IMG/VR virus record: IMGVR_UViG_3300037467_000821
Span: 3,162-67,161 of that record
DNA: 64,000 nucleotides
Direction: 5' to 3' (one strand)
Source: a virus
Taxonomy: Duplodnaviria; Caudoviricetes
The notes under the pieces were generated by a model that was given only the letters and a program-made list of their open reading frames with translations, did not search any database and was not told the DNA's origin. A program made the position numbers and the translations under genes. Shown here one piece after another: positions 53,401-63,246 of the stretch. How positions within the stretch are numbered: position 1 is the stretch's first letter; each line of letters opens with the position of its first letter.

Positions 53401-53959
53401 CGCTTCGGCGGGAAGGAAGATCATCCAGGGCTTCTTGAATGGATTGAAAGATGCATTCAAGGACGTCCAGAACTTTGTCGGTGGAATCGCAGACTGGATC
53501 CGTGACCACAAGGGCCCGCTTCCCGTCGACGCCAAGCTGCTCACCCCGGCGGGTAACGCCATCATGGGTGGTCTGCTCGATTCCATGGCTGCCATGAAGC
53601 CGCAGGTGATCGGTTTCCTTGAGGGGCTGACCGATGATATCGCCAACGGCCTGAACGGTGCATCGGGCAAGATTCTGGACGCGAATGCATCTCTGTCTTC
53701 GTCTGCACACGTTGCCGTACTTAATAGCGCGGCTTCGGCCATGACCGACCCGGCAGCGCTCTCCCGTACCGTTCCGGCCCTTGCAACGGCCTCTTCGGGG
53801 GCTAGCGACGGGGGTAGCGCGGGCGCTAGTACGTTCACGGTTGAGAACCTCACCATCCAGGTACAGACCCTGGCAGACCCGACCAACCCGATCGAGTGGA
53901 AGAAGGTTATCGACGCCATCCACGAGGGTCTTCGTCAGAAGGAGAATGAGCAGAAGTGA
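50495..53959 (+). CDS. tape measure protein
   Basis: 1154 aa, amphipathic repeats with periodic Trp/Phe. Confidence 0.95.
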   Translation: MADYDLGKAHGKVVIDYEDKGGKQAQSEMSKIDQWAQKLHGTFGRLRTQLTGVHKDFGETGARMSRTFAIMAGGTAILLGLSRATSTFTGRLFQLKGGMSIFGALGLTLGGLPKSVQGFPNIIKQIILLSAAITLFAGSTKLLNQVFVALGRFAASTQIVQRLTAAFPFLTGAIGGLAKHIPSIGQIGDKLNDLAKPIHTIAKLALGIGAMITVVRSGVNAAFALTKALAKMAAVALAIDAGAKVVLGLVSALKELSGVVGILPGALAVVGVTLLTATLGMKGFKDALKNMDDVEKFDEALKKLAPSAADTARQIKNMVPEFQRVQRVIQQHLFADLAGDVKRLGENYFPVLQNGIGRVAIELNGIVRQFLAFANTGRAVSGINEIISTTVGVLSHLRGAVQPFLSALLDITVVSAQAFGGMFGNIQGAAEAFATWTASIRADGSLLNWIQNGIQAFKDLAGILFNIFGIVNTFFSAFNTGGQTTLGTIKQLTDELIVFLQVGDGRQALELLAGSIERLANVAKDVLLVALQELGPVFIALRPFVEELTKSIGGTLIAALKILGPILQGIAEALSFMAPVLGPIIGFFLGLGIAGKAFMFIIGPMIVAINLLISTFTALRTAFTIIRTAWMVLQFVFAVSPWTIIIAGIILLVTLIVLNWDKIVAFLIPIWEWIKEKAIAIWGAIRDFFVGSWNKIQADAKAIWEGLKSFFGKIWEAIKFIFLNFTVVGLIIQYWDDIKNFTINAWNAIVNFLTGIWNSIVESTRFIWEPIVEIFKSIFSIIKDLFVIFYGGLAIIAIHVWETIRDGTVAIWNGIVDFFTKQFQWISDTFHSFFDPIWKWWVDLHIAIFNTVLGAWNSVTKFLGETWAWVQEQWHAFWDPIADAAVALWNTIKNAINDANIWIGTKLIEAWTWIQQQWHAFWDPIANFFVGIWNSIKGTVGDGVNSVVEWIRGLPGKILGALGDLGGLLASAGRKIIQGFLNGLKDAFKDVQNFVGGIADWIRDHKGPLPVDAKLLTPAGNAIMGGLLDSMAAMKPQVIGFLEGLTDDIANGLNGASGKILDANASLSSSAHVAVLNSAASAMTDPAALSRTVPALATASSGASDGGSAGASTFTVENLTIQVQTLADPTNPIEWKKVIDAIHEGLRQKENEQK

Positions 53960-55161
53960 CCACGTTCGGTGTGATCCAGGTTGGCCGGATCGCTCTCCGC
54001 GAGGACTCCTCGGTCGACTTGTCGAATGGTGATTTCGGGCCGCGCTTCAGCATTTCCGGCCAGGAGTCGATGCCCCGGGTCACCAGGACGCAGCTCAAGC
54101 AGCGCGTCGAGGACATCCTGGCTCTGCAGGGTACGCTCCAGCCGGTAACGTTCTCCTTCAAGCCGGAGCTGAACGGCTACTACTGGATCGAGAATGCCAG
54201 CAGCACTTACGACGTCTGGAACCCAGACAACGTCGGTGTGATGCCCTGGTCTCTGGATATCTCACAGGCAGGCCAGGCGTCCAACACTGATCTGGAGTCT
54301 CGCCTGTCCGGGCCTGCGACCAAGTCCAACGACCACGCCGCCACCGGTGAGCGTTGGCACGCACCGCCTGTGGGGCACAACGCCTGGACCGCTGGAGCTA
54401 CGGTTCCAACTGTGGTCACGCGCACCACGACTGACGGCGCCATGACGGTGTACCGAGGCGTGGACGTCAACGAGAATCCTCGCTGGGGAGCAAGTCCGAC
54501 GGCCTTCCTGGCGGGAAGGTGCAGGATCACAGACCAGAACGGTCTGGAGCGAATCGCCACGCAGTTTGATCTGGCAGCTACAGGCTGGGAGATGCACAAT
54601 GGAATCGTCAAGGTCGCGGTCAACGCCGGAACCGGTCTGTTCAACATCTCCGCCTGGACCAGCGGGGCATGGCAGTCCAAGCTCTGGGAGCTGTTCCACA
54701 GCACGGGCCCGGCTATCACCCTCGGGGTTCCTGACTACGCGACGGTTCTTCGTAACGATTACGAGTGCGTATCAATCCGAATCACGAAGTCACTATCTCC
54801 TGGTCGGGTAACGGTTGACTTCACTCTCCGACGCGGCTCTCGATTCGTTGAGATCTACGTTCAGCACCAGTTCGGGACAACGCTTAAGATTGTCCGGAAT
54901 ACCACGGAGGCTTCGACAGCTTCTACCGGATACATTGTTGCCACCGCAGCCGACGGCGCGAGCAACAAGTTTATCCTGGGAAGCACCAAATCCTTCACGG
55001 CCGACAACGTAAACGGAGGAATTTCCAAGGCCGCTACATCGACGCTGGATGCTTTCGTCGGTGTGGTTGTGAATGGCGCGGGGGCGGGTGACGTCGCAGC
55101 CGACCTGTTCAAGCAATACCTGGGTGCACCATCCGAATTCGTGCAGGGAGTGAGGCGATAG
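53956..55161 (+). CDS. minor tail protein (distal tail-like)
   Basis: Follows tape measure. Confidence 0.8.
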   Translation: MTTFGVIQVGRIALREDSSVDLSNGDFGPRFSISGQESMPRVTRTQLKQRVEDILALQGTLQPVTFSFKPELNGYYWIENASSTYDVWNPDNVGVMPWSLDISQAGQASNTDLESRLSGPATKSNDHAATGERWHAPPVGHNAWTAGATVPTVVTRTTTDGAMTVYRGVDVNENPRWGASPTAFLAGRCRITDQNGLERIATQFDLAATGWEMHNGIVKVAVNAGTGLFNISAWTSGAWQSKLWELFHSTGPAITLGVPDYATVLRNDYECVSIRITKSLSPGRVTVDFTLRRGSRFVEIYVQHQFGTTLKIVRNTTEASTASTGYIVATAADGASNKFILGSTKSFTADNVNGGISKAATSTLDAFVGVVVNGAGAGDVAADLFKQYLGAPSEFVQGVRR

Positions 55162-57902
55162 TGGCAGTCACCGAGGTCCTTCGGGGGCTGGGCTCGTGGT
55201 CGCTGCAACTCAGCGCAGCCACCCCGAAGAGTGTCCTGAAGAAGATGGACTTCTTCGGGCATATCGCCATCAATACTGGCAAGGTAGACCCCCGGATTGC
55301 CGGTGATGCGCTACTTCGATCGTCCCGTTACGTGGGCGTATATCGCGCAAAGAAGGACAAGGCTGGGCGCAACATCGGTGGCGTCGGCATGGCTTTCTGG
55401 CTCGGCGATCACGAGGACAAGGGCGACCTGCTGGAAAGCAACGTCACCTTCAACAACCAGACTTTCGCAAACACGATCCGAGCCCTGCTCCCCGCCAGCG
55501 GGGTAGGCGGAGCCGTGATCGAGGGCACACTCTCCAACAGCCCTGGGAACTACACCGGAAACTTTCAGTACAACAGCCGACGAAAGGCCATCGACTACGT
55601 CTGCCAGACCAAGGGAGCAGACTGGCGCGTCAATGGCGATGGCACTCTGGACGCTGGCCTAGAGAGCGAGCTGTTTCGCGTCATTCCGCGCTCGGCTCTG
55701 ATTCGCCGGAATTCTGGCCGTGACATGTTTGTCCAGGGTTTCACCGGATCCATCGAGACCTCCCAGGACGTCGAGGACTTCACTACTCGCACCCTGTTGC
55801 TGGCGAACGGCCAGGAGGCAGCCACGGTCACTGCCACGGCTGACATCTCGCCGGGCTTGAACCCGTTCCGAGATCTGCGCGGCAACCCGGTGAAGCTGAC
55901 CCGGATCATCTCGGAGTCCGACACCGATACCACAAACGCACAGGCTCGCGCGCAGTTGCAGTTGAATCGATTCAGCGGTTCGCGCGACTCGATCGCCTGT
56001 TCCACAACTGACTACGACCTCAAGGGAACTGTAGTCGTCGGCGACTACATGTGGGTGTACGACCCTGACGCCGGTGTGCAGGACACGGGCAACGAGCTGC
56101 GCTTCATGGGTGAGCTCATTTACCCCATCAAGCTTCGCCTGGTTCAAATGGATTGGCCGATTATCGACGGTATGTCGGTGGCCTTTCGAACCGGCAGCGG
56201 AGAATGGATCGACCTCACCAGTTATATCTCCTGGGAAACCGGAGCCTCCAACCTGACTGTGGGCGGATACAATCGGTCTCTCGTGGGGCCGACTGACAGC
56301 GCCCCGGCGGGAGGAAGGCCTGTCGCAGACACTTCGGTGCCTGACGCCCCCACCTGGAACCCGCCATTCACGCACTCGGTGTATCAGTCGGTTCGTGGCG
56401 AGAGCCGTGCGCAGGTACAGCTGAAATGGAACTATCCGCTGAATGTCGATGGGTCCACCATCATCGACGGTGACCACTTCGAGTTGCGGTTCCGATCCGG
56501 TAGCACCCCGATCTTTCCGAGCACACATGCCCAGATGGCTGCGTTCACGCACAACCAGTTGGCGCTCGGAACGCACAACCAGCCGATCACGTACACGCCG
56601 GGGCCATACGAGTACCGTAGCGTGCCGTGGGATCAGAACACCTTTCTGTTGCAGGATCTCCCGACGAACATGCCGTTCGACGTCGAGGTCCGTGCAGTAG
56701 ACAGCGCCAAGCCCCCGAACGCCGGTGCCTGGTCATCTATCCAGACCTTCCAGACCAGTTCAGACACGCTCCCGCCAGCAACTCCTGCTCCACCTGTGAT
56801 TGCGGCTGGCCGGTTGAGCGTGCAGATGACGCACACGCTGGGCCGCGCGGACGGGGGCACTTATAACCTCGATGCCGACCTGAACCACTTCGAGCTGCAC
56901 GGCCAGTACGAGCCGCTGTTTACGCCGAGCACCTCGACCATGCTGGGAAAGATTACGGCCAACAACGGCATGATCCTGGGTCAGATTCCAGCTGTGGGAT
57001 CTGTCAAGATTGACTCGGTTGCGCCGGTTTACTACAAGGTCATAGCGGTTGACAACGACGGCAATAAGTCCCCGGCCTCCTCGGCTGTGCAGGCTACCGT
57101 CGTTTTGCTAGACAGCGCCTACATCTCCGAGCTGACGGTCTCGAAGGTCTCGGCGGGAACGATCACTGCTGAGTGGTTGAACGCCGGTCGTATTTGGAGC
57201 GGTACAGACGGTGGTGCACGCGCTCAGGTCGTCCCGGCGGGCTTCGAAGCGTATAACTCGAGTAACGTGCGCACGTTCTTCGTCGAGGCCGCCACGGGCA
57301 ATGTGACGATGACGGGTAAGTTTCAGACTGGGCTCAGTTCCGTTTCTGACCGTGTGGTTATCGACCCGGTGTTGCCCCAGCCCGATGGAACCACCGTACC
57401 GGCCGTGTGTTGGTTCGATGATGGCGACCCGAACAACTATATCCGCAGCTCCACCGTGGGAACGACTTACACGATGGCGGTCCGGAGTCGAACCGATGAG
57501 TCGTACAAGGGTGGGTTCGTCTTGTTCGACCTCCCGACTGGCGGCGGTTCTGCCTACATCGGCTATCGGGAGACCTCGTCCTCGACGTTCTGGTATCACC
57601 AGATTGGATCCTCGGGCGCTCACAGGTTCTCAGGACACTTCGGACAAGTCCACACCGACGGTGGAAAGAGTGCCCTGTACATCGACCAGATCGGTGGGTC
57701 CGGTACGAGTCAATCGTTTACATACGGACCGACGATGACCACAACTCCATTGCCCTTCGTTGAGATCCAAGGTACGTCGGGAACGCCGCCCACTGCTTCG
57801 TCTCACGCTGTGACTGCAAGATCGGCTACTGGAGCAAGCATCCAATATCCTGCAGGTAACTGCGACATCTTCATTTGGGCTATCCGATACGCCGTGATCT
57901 GA
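55161..57902 (+). CDS. minor tail protein / baseplate hub-central fibre with FN3-like domains
   Basis: 913 aa; VPDAP, FDVEVRAVDS, YYKVIAVDNDGNKS. Confidence 0.85.
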   Translation: MAVTEVLRGLGSWSLQLSAATPKSVLKKMDFFGHIAINTGKVDPRIAGDALLRSSRYVGVYRAKKDKAGRNIGGVGMAFWLGDHEDKGDLLESNVTFNNQTFANTIRALLPASGVGGAVIEGTLSNSPGNYTGNFQYNSRRKAIDYVCQTKGADWRVNGDGTLDAGLESELFRVIPRSALIRRNSGRDMFVQGFTGSIETSQDVEDFTTRTLLLANGQEAATVTATADISPGLNPFRDLRGNPVKLTRIISESDTDTTNAQARAQLQLNRFSGSRDSIACSTTDYDLKGTVVVGDYMWVYDPDAGVQDTGNELRFMGELIYPIKLRLVQMDWPIIDGMSVAFRTGSGEWIDLTSYISWETGASNLTVGGYNRSLVGPTDSAPAGGRPVADTSVPDAPTWNPPFTHSVYQSVRGESRAQVQLKWNYPLNVDGSTIIDGDHFELRFRSGSTPIFPSTHAQMAAFTHNQLALGTHNQPITYTPGPYEYRSVPWDQNTFLLQDLPTNMPFDVEVRAVDSAKPPNAGAWSSIQTFQTSSDTLPPATPAPPVIAAGRLSVQMTHTLGRADGGTYNLDADLNHFELHGQYEPLFTPSTSTMLGKITANNGMILGQIPAVGSVKIDSVAPVYYKVIAVDNDGNKSPASSAVQATVVLLDSAYISELTVSKVSAGTITAEWLNAGRIWSGTDGGARAQVVPAGFEAYNSSNVRTFFVEAATGNVTMTGKFQTGLSSVSDRVVIDPVLPQPDGTTVPAVCWFDDGDPNNYIRSSTVGTTYTMAVRSRTDESYKGGFVLFDLPTGGGSAYIGYRETSSSTFWYHQIGSSGAHRFSGHFGQVHTDGGKSALYIDQIGGSGTSQSFTYGPTMTTTPLPFVEIQGTSGTPPTASSHAVTARSATGASIQYPAGNCDIFIWAIRYAVI

Positions 57903-57911
57903 GGAGGCGAC

Positions 57912-58487
57912 ATGGCACCTCGATATGACATCCGCGAAGTTCAAGATCGTGGACACTACTGGCAGGTGGTCTATGACGTCACCCACGACAACGGCTTCGC
58001 GACTGAACACGGGCATTCGATACCGAAGGAAACGTTGGAATGGCGAGCAGCTGAGTACGGGCTCGACCCGACGACAGAGTTCGAGACCATCCTGGATATC
58101 GTGCTCGCTGAACCGTTCGTCGAACCGGCCGAACAGGTTGGCAGTGTGCCGGGTATGGAGCTGATCGACGCTCCTGACATCGAGACGGCGAAGGCACATC
58201 ACATCAGTCGATGTGCTCGGGCGAAGCTCAAGTGTCGAATCATGACCCGCAAGAACGTTGGCGGGAACACCAAGACATTGGTTGAAATTCCTAACCCGTT
58301 CGATGTGATCCGCAATTCTGCGGTAATCGATCCGAACGTGGTGCTGATCAAGCGGGAGCATGTACGCCGCGTCCGCGCTGAACGAGCTGCACGTCGTGTA
58401 GAGAATACGAACGGCCGCGCCGAGCGACTCGCTAGAGAGCTGAACATTGACCTGGAAAGTTTGAAGCGAGGGATGGGCCGTGGCTGA
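57912..58487 (+). CDS. hypothetical tail-module protein (191 aa)
   Basis: GAGGAGG SD, position. Confidence 0.7.
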   Translation: MAPRYDIREVQDRGHYWQVVYDVTHDNGFATEHGHSIPKETLEWRAAEYGLDPTTEFETILDIVLAEPFVEPAEQVGSVPGMELIDAPDIETAKAHHISRCARAKLKCRIMTRKNVGGNTKTLVEIPNPFDVIRNSAVIDPNVVLIKREHVRRVRAERAARRVENTNGRAERLARELNIDLESLKRGMGRG

Positions 58488-59403
58488 CACTTTCACTCCG
58501 AAGCTCGGTCTTCGGCAGTACGACGCGACACTCAACTACGCGGTCTCCAAGTTCAGTGCTGATAACCTTCTGGTCGACAACGCGATCGGTACGGTCATCT
58601 GTACCTCTACGACGCGACCAAGCACCGGCCTTTTCGATGGAATGATGCTGTGGGAGACAGACACGCAGCGGTTTGTGATCCGCTCTTCGGGTGCTTGGAG
58701 CCCCGTAACCCAGCGCATTATTGTGGCCAACAACACCGCGCGTGACGCCATCACCACCAAGTACGACGGGTTGATGGTGTACCGGCAGGACCGCGATTGG
58801 AACGAGGTCTACGACGGTGCTGCGTGGCGTGTGGTGGGTACGGCGCACTGCACCTCGGTGGCCGATCGCGACGGTGCTAGTGGTATCGCTAGCCCGTACA
58901 ACGGCCAGCTGGCCGTTACCACGGACACGAACACCGTATGGGCTCGGCAAGGTGGAGCCTGGGTGGACTTGTTCGCCGGGACCACCCGCCTCATCGGCGG
59001 TACGCGACGCAGCACCAACACGGGCAACATCACCAGCACTGAGACCGTCTACTCAACGTCAGGCGCGCTCGCGCTTCCGGCGAGTTCGTTGTTCTTCGTG
59101 CGAGCGGTATGTAACCATTTCATCTCGGTTTCCGGTGATGAGTTCGAGTTTCGCATCCGGGAAGACACCGTTTCGGGGAATGCGATCAAGACGGACTTCC
59201 GAGACAGTGTGGAGTTCGCGGGCATCCCGAAGACCTACGAGTACATGGGTTTCTTCGTAACGACAACGGCTCTTGCCTCAAAGACGTTCGTGGCCACAGT
59301 GAAGCGCTCCGGTGGTAGTGGAAACATCGTGGCACAGGCCGACTCGGCGGTCTTGGTCAATTACCTCGGACCGAGTAGCCTGCTGCCCACTAACAACCCG
59401 TAA
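58480..59403 (+). CDS. minor tail protein
   Basis: TPKLGL start, repeated TSxxxR...DG...YxxD units. Confidence 0.75.
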   Translation: MADTFTPKLGLRQYDATLNYAVSKFSADNLLVDNAIGTVICTSTTRPSTGLFDGMMLWETDTQRFVIRSSGAWSPVTQRIIVANNTARDAITTKYDGLMVYRQDRDWNEVYDGAAWRVVGTAHCTSVADRDGASGIASPYNGQLAVTTDTNTVWARQGGAWVDLFAGTTRLIGGTRRSTNTGNITSTETVYSTSGALALPASSLFFVRAVCNHFISVSGDEFEFRIREDTVSGNAIKTDFRDSVEFAGIPKTYEYMGFFVTTTALASKTFVATVKRSGGSGNIVAQADSAVLVNYLGPSSLLPTNNP

Positions 59404-59425
59404 GATATAAGGGAGGGAGGGCATC

Positions 59426-59605
59426 GTGAGCAACCCACTGGACTGGTGCAGCCTCGTTGAAGCTTACGCCGGGAACAGCAAGGAGCATGCAGCCGCTGTG
59501 TCGGTGGCTCAGAGGGGCATTGATTCCCAGCGGGAACCACGTCTCATCGAGGACTACTGGGAGGCCGTGCACAACCGTGCACGCGAACTCATGGCGCGCA
59601 CCTGA
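59426..59605 (+). CDS. hypothetical protein (59 aa)
   Basis: Hand-translated; GGAGG SD. Confidence 0.55.
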   Translation: MSNPLDWCSLVEAYAGNSKEHAAAVSVAQRGIDSQREPRLIEDYWEAVHNRARELMART

Positions 59606-59617
59606 AAGGAGGAAGCC

Positions 59618-60604
59618 GTGCAACCATCAGACGTGACTGCGTACGGTTGTGACTACAGCGGTCGGGAGTTCACCCCAGACCAGCTTCAGGCCTACCCTGG
59701 CGTGCGCATCGACTGGCTAGCGCGATACATCGGGTATCCGGGCAATGTGAAGTGCATCAGCCACTACCCCGGTGCCTACCGTGCACACCGAGACGCTGGG
59801 CGCCCGGTCGTGCTGTACCATCAGATCGGCTATCGTGACTTCGAGGGTGGCGAGTCGTCGGGCCGTGCACAGGCACAGACCGCACTCATTGACGCGAAGA
59901 ACCAGGGGTGGTCGGGAGAGACGCCGATCCTCGCGTGCTTTGACCGTCGGATGCCCGCTTTTACGCGCGGGGGCGTGTCGTACCGTGCCATCTGGCTGGA
60001 CGAGGTGCGCGCCTACATGGCGGGGTTCCGGTCTGTGATCGGTTACGAGGACTCAGGCTTCTACGGCTTCGAAGACACGATGGGGCCGTGTGTCGCGGAG
60101 GACTGGGTTCGCTTCCGCATGCAGTGTGGAGCGCGTAGCCAACACATCTCGGGCATCAGCGCGTGGCAGGAGAACAACGAACAGCCGTACTTGCTCGGGG
60201 AGCAGACGGATCGCCTGGAGCTATACATCTCGCTCGCTGCATTGGCGGGCACTGCACAGGAGGAAGACAAGCCCATGATCATGCTCGCAACAGGTGACAG
60301 GGACCCGGGTCCCGACAAGAAGGTGTACTGGATCGCTCCGACCGAGCGCGGGCTCGTCAAGGAATGGGTCCAGACTCCAGTGCTGGCTGCGTGGTTCACT
60401 GCACACGGTGCCAAGACCGTGGCGTTGGACCAGGACATCCTGAACGGCATCACGATGGCGGACCCCAAGGGTGACGTCACGGCCATCGTGGCAGGTCTGA
60501 CCCCTGCGATGATCTCGGCGATCAACAGCCTGAACCTGGATGGCTTGAACGAAGAGGAGACTGTCGCCGCCGTTCAGGAGGCTCTCCGCCGGGGGACAGC
60601 GTGA
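59618..60604 (+). CDS. endolysin, DUF1906/GH25-like glycoside hydrolase
   Basis: GCDYS..WLARYIG..CFD..SGFYG TIM-barrel pattern; position. Confidence 0.8.
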   Translation: MQPSDVTAYGCDYSGREFTPDQLQAYPGVRIDWLARYIGYPGNVKCISHYPGAYRAHRDAGRPVVLYHQIGYRDFEGGESSGRAQAQTALIDAKNQGWSGETPILACFDRRMPAFTRGGVSYRAIWLDEVRAYMAGFRSVIGYEDSGFYGFEDTMGPCVAEDWVRFRMQCGARSQHISGISAWQENNEQPYLLGEQTDRLELYISLAALAGTAQEEDKPMIMLATGDRDPGPDKKVYWIAPTERGLVKEWVQTPVLAAWFTAHGAKTVALDQDILNGITMADPKGDVTAIVAGLTPAMISAINSLNLDGLNEEETVAAVQEALRRGTA

Positions 60605-60756
60605 CCCAGCCACAAGGGACGCCGGTCGCCATGGCTACAGTCCTGGAGGTTCAGCGCCAGAGGATCGCTCAGCTCACCGAGGAGAACATCATGCTCACGG
60701 CCGCGCTGAACGAGAAGGAGCTGCAGATCCAGGCTCTGCAGGACGACACGAACTAG
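60601..60756 (+). CDS. small coiled-coil protein (51 aa)
   Basis: Hand-translated; GTGA overlap. Confidence 0.55.
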   Translation: MTQPQGTPVAMATVLEVQRQRIAQLTEENIMLTAALNEKELQIQALQDDTN

Positions 60757-60769
60757 CAGAGGAGGATAC

Positions 60770-61072
60770 GTGCCGCCGATCGCCGAGTTGCAGCCTTGGC
60801 TTACGAATGGTCCGGCCATCGGCCTCGTATTCTGGCTTCTCTTCCAACTGTTCCAGGGCAAAATCGTGACACGAAAGGTGCACGAGGACGCCCTAGAACA
60901 GGTTCGGAAGCAAGCCGAGGTCTGGGAGAAGGTAGCTAATAACTACAAAGCCTCCCTTGACGCTAGGGATGGTGTTGTACCGGCGCAGCTCGAATCAGCG
61001 CGACTCGTGGAGGCGATGGCAAAGGCAATTCAGGAGTTGCCAGCGGCATCGGGTGAGGAGACCAAGGCATGA
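60770..61072 (+). CDS. lysis-cassette membrane protein (1 TM plus coiled coil)
   Basis: GAGGAGG SD; TM at N-terminus. Confidence 0.7.
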   Translation: MPPIAELQPWLTNGPAIGLVFWLLFQLFQGKIVTRKVHEDALEQVRKQAEVWEKVANNYKASLDARDGVVPAQLESARLVEAMAKAIQELPAASGEETKA

Positions 61073-61293
61073 CTTGGCTCGACAGGTTCTTCGGAAAAGA
61101 GGGCCGCCCGGAGCCTAACCCTGGAGCGGCACGTGCACAGAACGAGCTTTTAGCTTCCGAGCGTTCTGTGCAGAAGAGTAGGATAGAGGGGGAGGAGGGC
61201 CGCGCTCTTGCAAAGAGGCTAAAGGAGATTCGGATGCAGAATCACCTGGCTGAAGGCCTTCGCACCAAACTCCAGGAGGCTCTGCGTGACTGA
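61069..61293 (+). CDS. lysis-cassette protein (74 aa)
   Basis: C-terminal QNHLAEGL typical of actinophage lysis-region ORFs. Confidence 0.65.
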   Translation: MTWLDRFFGKEGRPEPNPGAARAQNELLASERSVQKSRIEGEEGRALAKRLKEIRMQNHLAEGLRTKLQEALRD

Positions 61294-61603
61294 AATCATT
61301 CGCTGGGTGTATCTGATCGGCTCTCCAGCCGCAGTGGTCTTCCCGTTCTATTACCACTGGACCGCCAGGTGGTACAAGAGCCGCGAGGGTAGGCTGCTGA
61401 TGCTGGTCTCGTCCCTGCCGTTCTTTCTGTACCTCTCGGCTGTGATTGCCATACTGCTTCCCGGTGAGCCGATCAAGGATGCGCTAAGACTCATGCTGGT
61501 CGGCCTGGCGTCCACGGTCTCGTGGGCGCTTCTGTTGGTCTACCGGAAGATTCGCAAGGACGGCATGAAGAAGATTCGCAGCCGCAAGCAGGAACAGGAG
61601 TAG
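61286..61603 (+). CDS. putative holin (3 TM)
   Basis: Three hydrophobic helices, basic C-tail, near lysin. Confidence 0.65.
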   Translation: MTEIIRWVYLIGSPAAVVFPFYYHWTARWYKSREGRLLMLVSSLPFFLYLSAVIAILLPGEPIKDALRLMLVGLASTVSWALLLVYRKIRKDGMKKIRSRKQEQE

Positions 61604-61607
61604 GAAG

Positions 61608-63236
61608 ATGCCCCTGGGCTCGGCAGTAAAGAGCACGATTGACATCGACTTCACCCGAGCCCAGGGCGTCAACTCCTCGGGTCGGATCACGTTCCAGCCG
61701 CCACGGATCCGCATCGGATCCACCATGATCTCCACCTACAAGGTTTCGGTGGATATCCTGGAGGGTGTCGGCACAATTGACATCGTTCGGTTGCCAACGG
61801 GCGTGTACCACGTGCGCGAGGAGATCGACGGCAGGCCACCATACGAGTGGGACTTCACGCTTCCTCTCAGCGCGCCTGCAACTATCCAGTACGAAGAGAT
61901 CGCGCCAGTTGCACCGGTACCCGAGTACTTCACGTACGTCAGGACGGTCAATGGCAATCCGCCTGACCCGGTGACCGGCGACATCGTTCTGTCTGGCAGC
62001 GGCGGCAGTGTCCCGGACGCAACCGGTTCCGTCAAGGGAATCGTGCAGCTGACTGGCGACCTGGGCGGTACCGCAGCATCACCTGCACTCAGCGCAGCGC
62101 GCATTGCCGAGATCGCCGCGAAGTACGTCAAGCCGGGAGGCGGCATCCCGTCCTCCGACATGGCGACAGCCGTGCAAACAAGCCTCGGCAAGGCTGACAC
62201 GGCCTCGCAGCCGGGGCATACGCACAGCAGTTCCCAGATCACAGACTTCACAACGGCCGTCGACGCGCGGGTACAGCTGATCGTGGATGCAGCACCGGCT
62301 GCGCTGGACACTCTCAACGAGCTCGCGGCGGCACTGAATGACGACCCGAACTTCGCAGCGACTGTCACGACCGCCCTGGCGGGAAAGCAGCCGCTTTCGA
62401 CGGATCTGACCGAGATCGCCGGGTTGGCCCCTGCGAACAACGACTTGCTGCAGCAGATCGCTGGCGCTTGGGCGGTTCGTACTCCTGCGCAGGTCAAGAC
62501 CAGCCTGGGACTTGTCAAGGGCGATGTCGGACTTAGTGCTGTCACCAATGACGCGCAGGTTCCGCTCTCCTTGTTCGACGCCGCAGGTGATATCCTGGTC
62601 GGCACCGGCAATGACACTGCGTCAAAGCTCGCCAAGGGCACTGATGGCACGTTCCTCGGTGTCAGCGGTGGCAGTCTCGGGTACTACACCCCCGCAGGCG
62701 GAAGCGGAGATCTGGATCTCTATCCTCCGACTGCGGCTGGCCTGAAGGAATGGACAGCAGATCCGCAGGTATGCTCGGTCGACTTTGCACACAACAATGG
62801 CGTTCTGTTGCTCATGCGCATGCATTGGCGGCAGGCCTCCGGGCTGCTCAGCGAGATCGGATTCTGCGTCACCTCTGGCGCCTCTGGTCCTGGCTCGTAC
62901 TCGGGCGTGGCTCTGTACCAGGATGGAACCGGTGTTGTCAACAAGCTCGGGGAATCGGCCGACGCGGGCGTGCAATGGACTTCTCAGGGTCCGAAGTCTG
63001 TCGCTCTGGTTACGCCGGTCAGCGTCGTGAAGGACATGTTCTACTACCTGGGAATTCTCTGGCAGGGTAGCAGCGCGGGTCGCATCGCAGGTGTTCCAGC
63101 GGTTATCCTTGATGCGCTGATGAACGCGGGTGTACGTCGATCCGTGTACCTCACCGGCCAGACCGGGTTCCCCGCTACAATCAACATCGGTACGGCCAAC
63201 ACGAACAACGCGACTTACTGGATGAGTGCGAAGTAA
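61608..63236 (+). CDS. tail fibre / receptor-binding protein
   Basis: DATGSVKGIVQL, APAALDTLNELAAALNDDPNFA fibre motifs; C-terminal beta domain. Confidence 0.8.
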   Translation: MPLGSAVKSTIDIDFTRAQGVNSSGRITFQPPRIRIGSTMISTYKVSVDILEGVGTIDIVRLPTGVYHVREEIDGRPPYEWDFTLPLSAPATIQYEEIAPVAPVPEYFTYVRTVNGNPPDPVTGDIVLSGSGGSVPDATGSVKGIVQLTGDLGGTAASPALSAARIAEIAAKYVKPGGGIPSSDMATAVQTSLGKADTASQPGHTHSSSQITDFTTAVDARVQLIVDAAPAALDTLNELAAALNDDPNFAATVTTALAGKQPLSTDLTEIAGLAPANNDLLQQIAGAWAVRTPAQVKTSLGLVKGDVGLSAVTNDAQVPLSLFDAAGDILVGTGNDTASKLAKGTDGTFLGVSGGSLGYYTPAGGSGDLDLYPPTAAGLKEWTADPQVCSVDFAHNNGVLLLMRMHWRQASGLLSEIGFCVTSGASGPGSYSGVALYQDGTGVVNKLGESADAGVQWTSQGPKSVALVTPVSVVKDMFYYLGILWQGSSAGRIAGVPAVILDALMNAGVRRSVYLTGQTGFPATINIGTANTNNATYWMSAK

Positions 63237-63246
63237 GGAGAGCTAC

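Noticed and set aside
177-62975. Many long minus-strand ORFs (for example 177..1385, 19453..20967, 45018..46445)
   Set aside because: They are antisense shadows of high-GC3 plus-strand genes, lack motifs and SDs, and overlap well-supported genes
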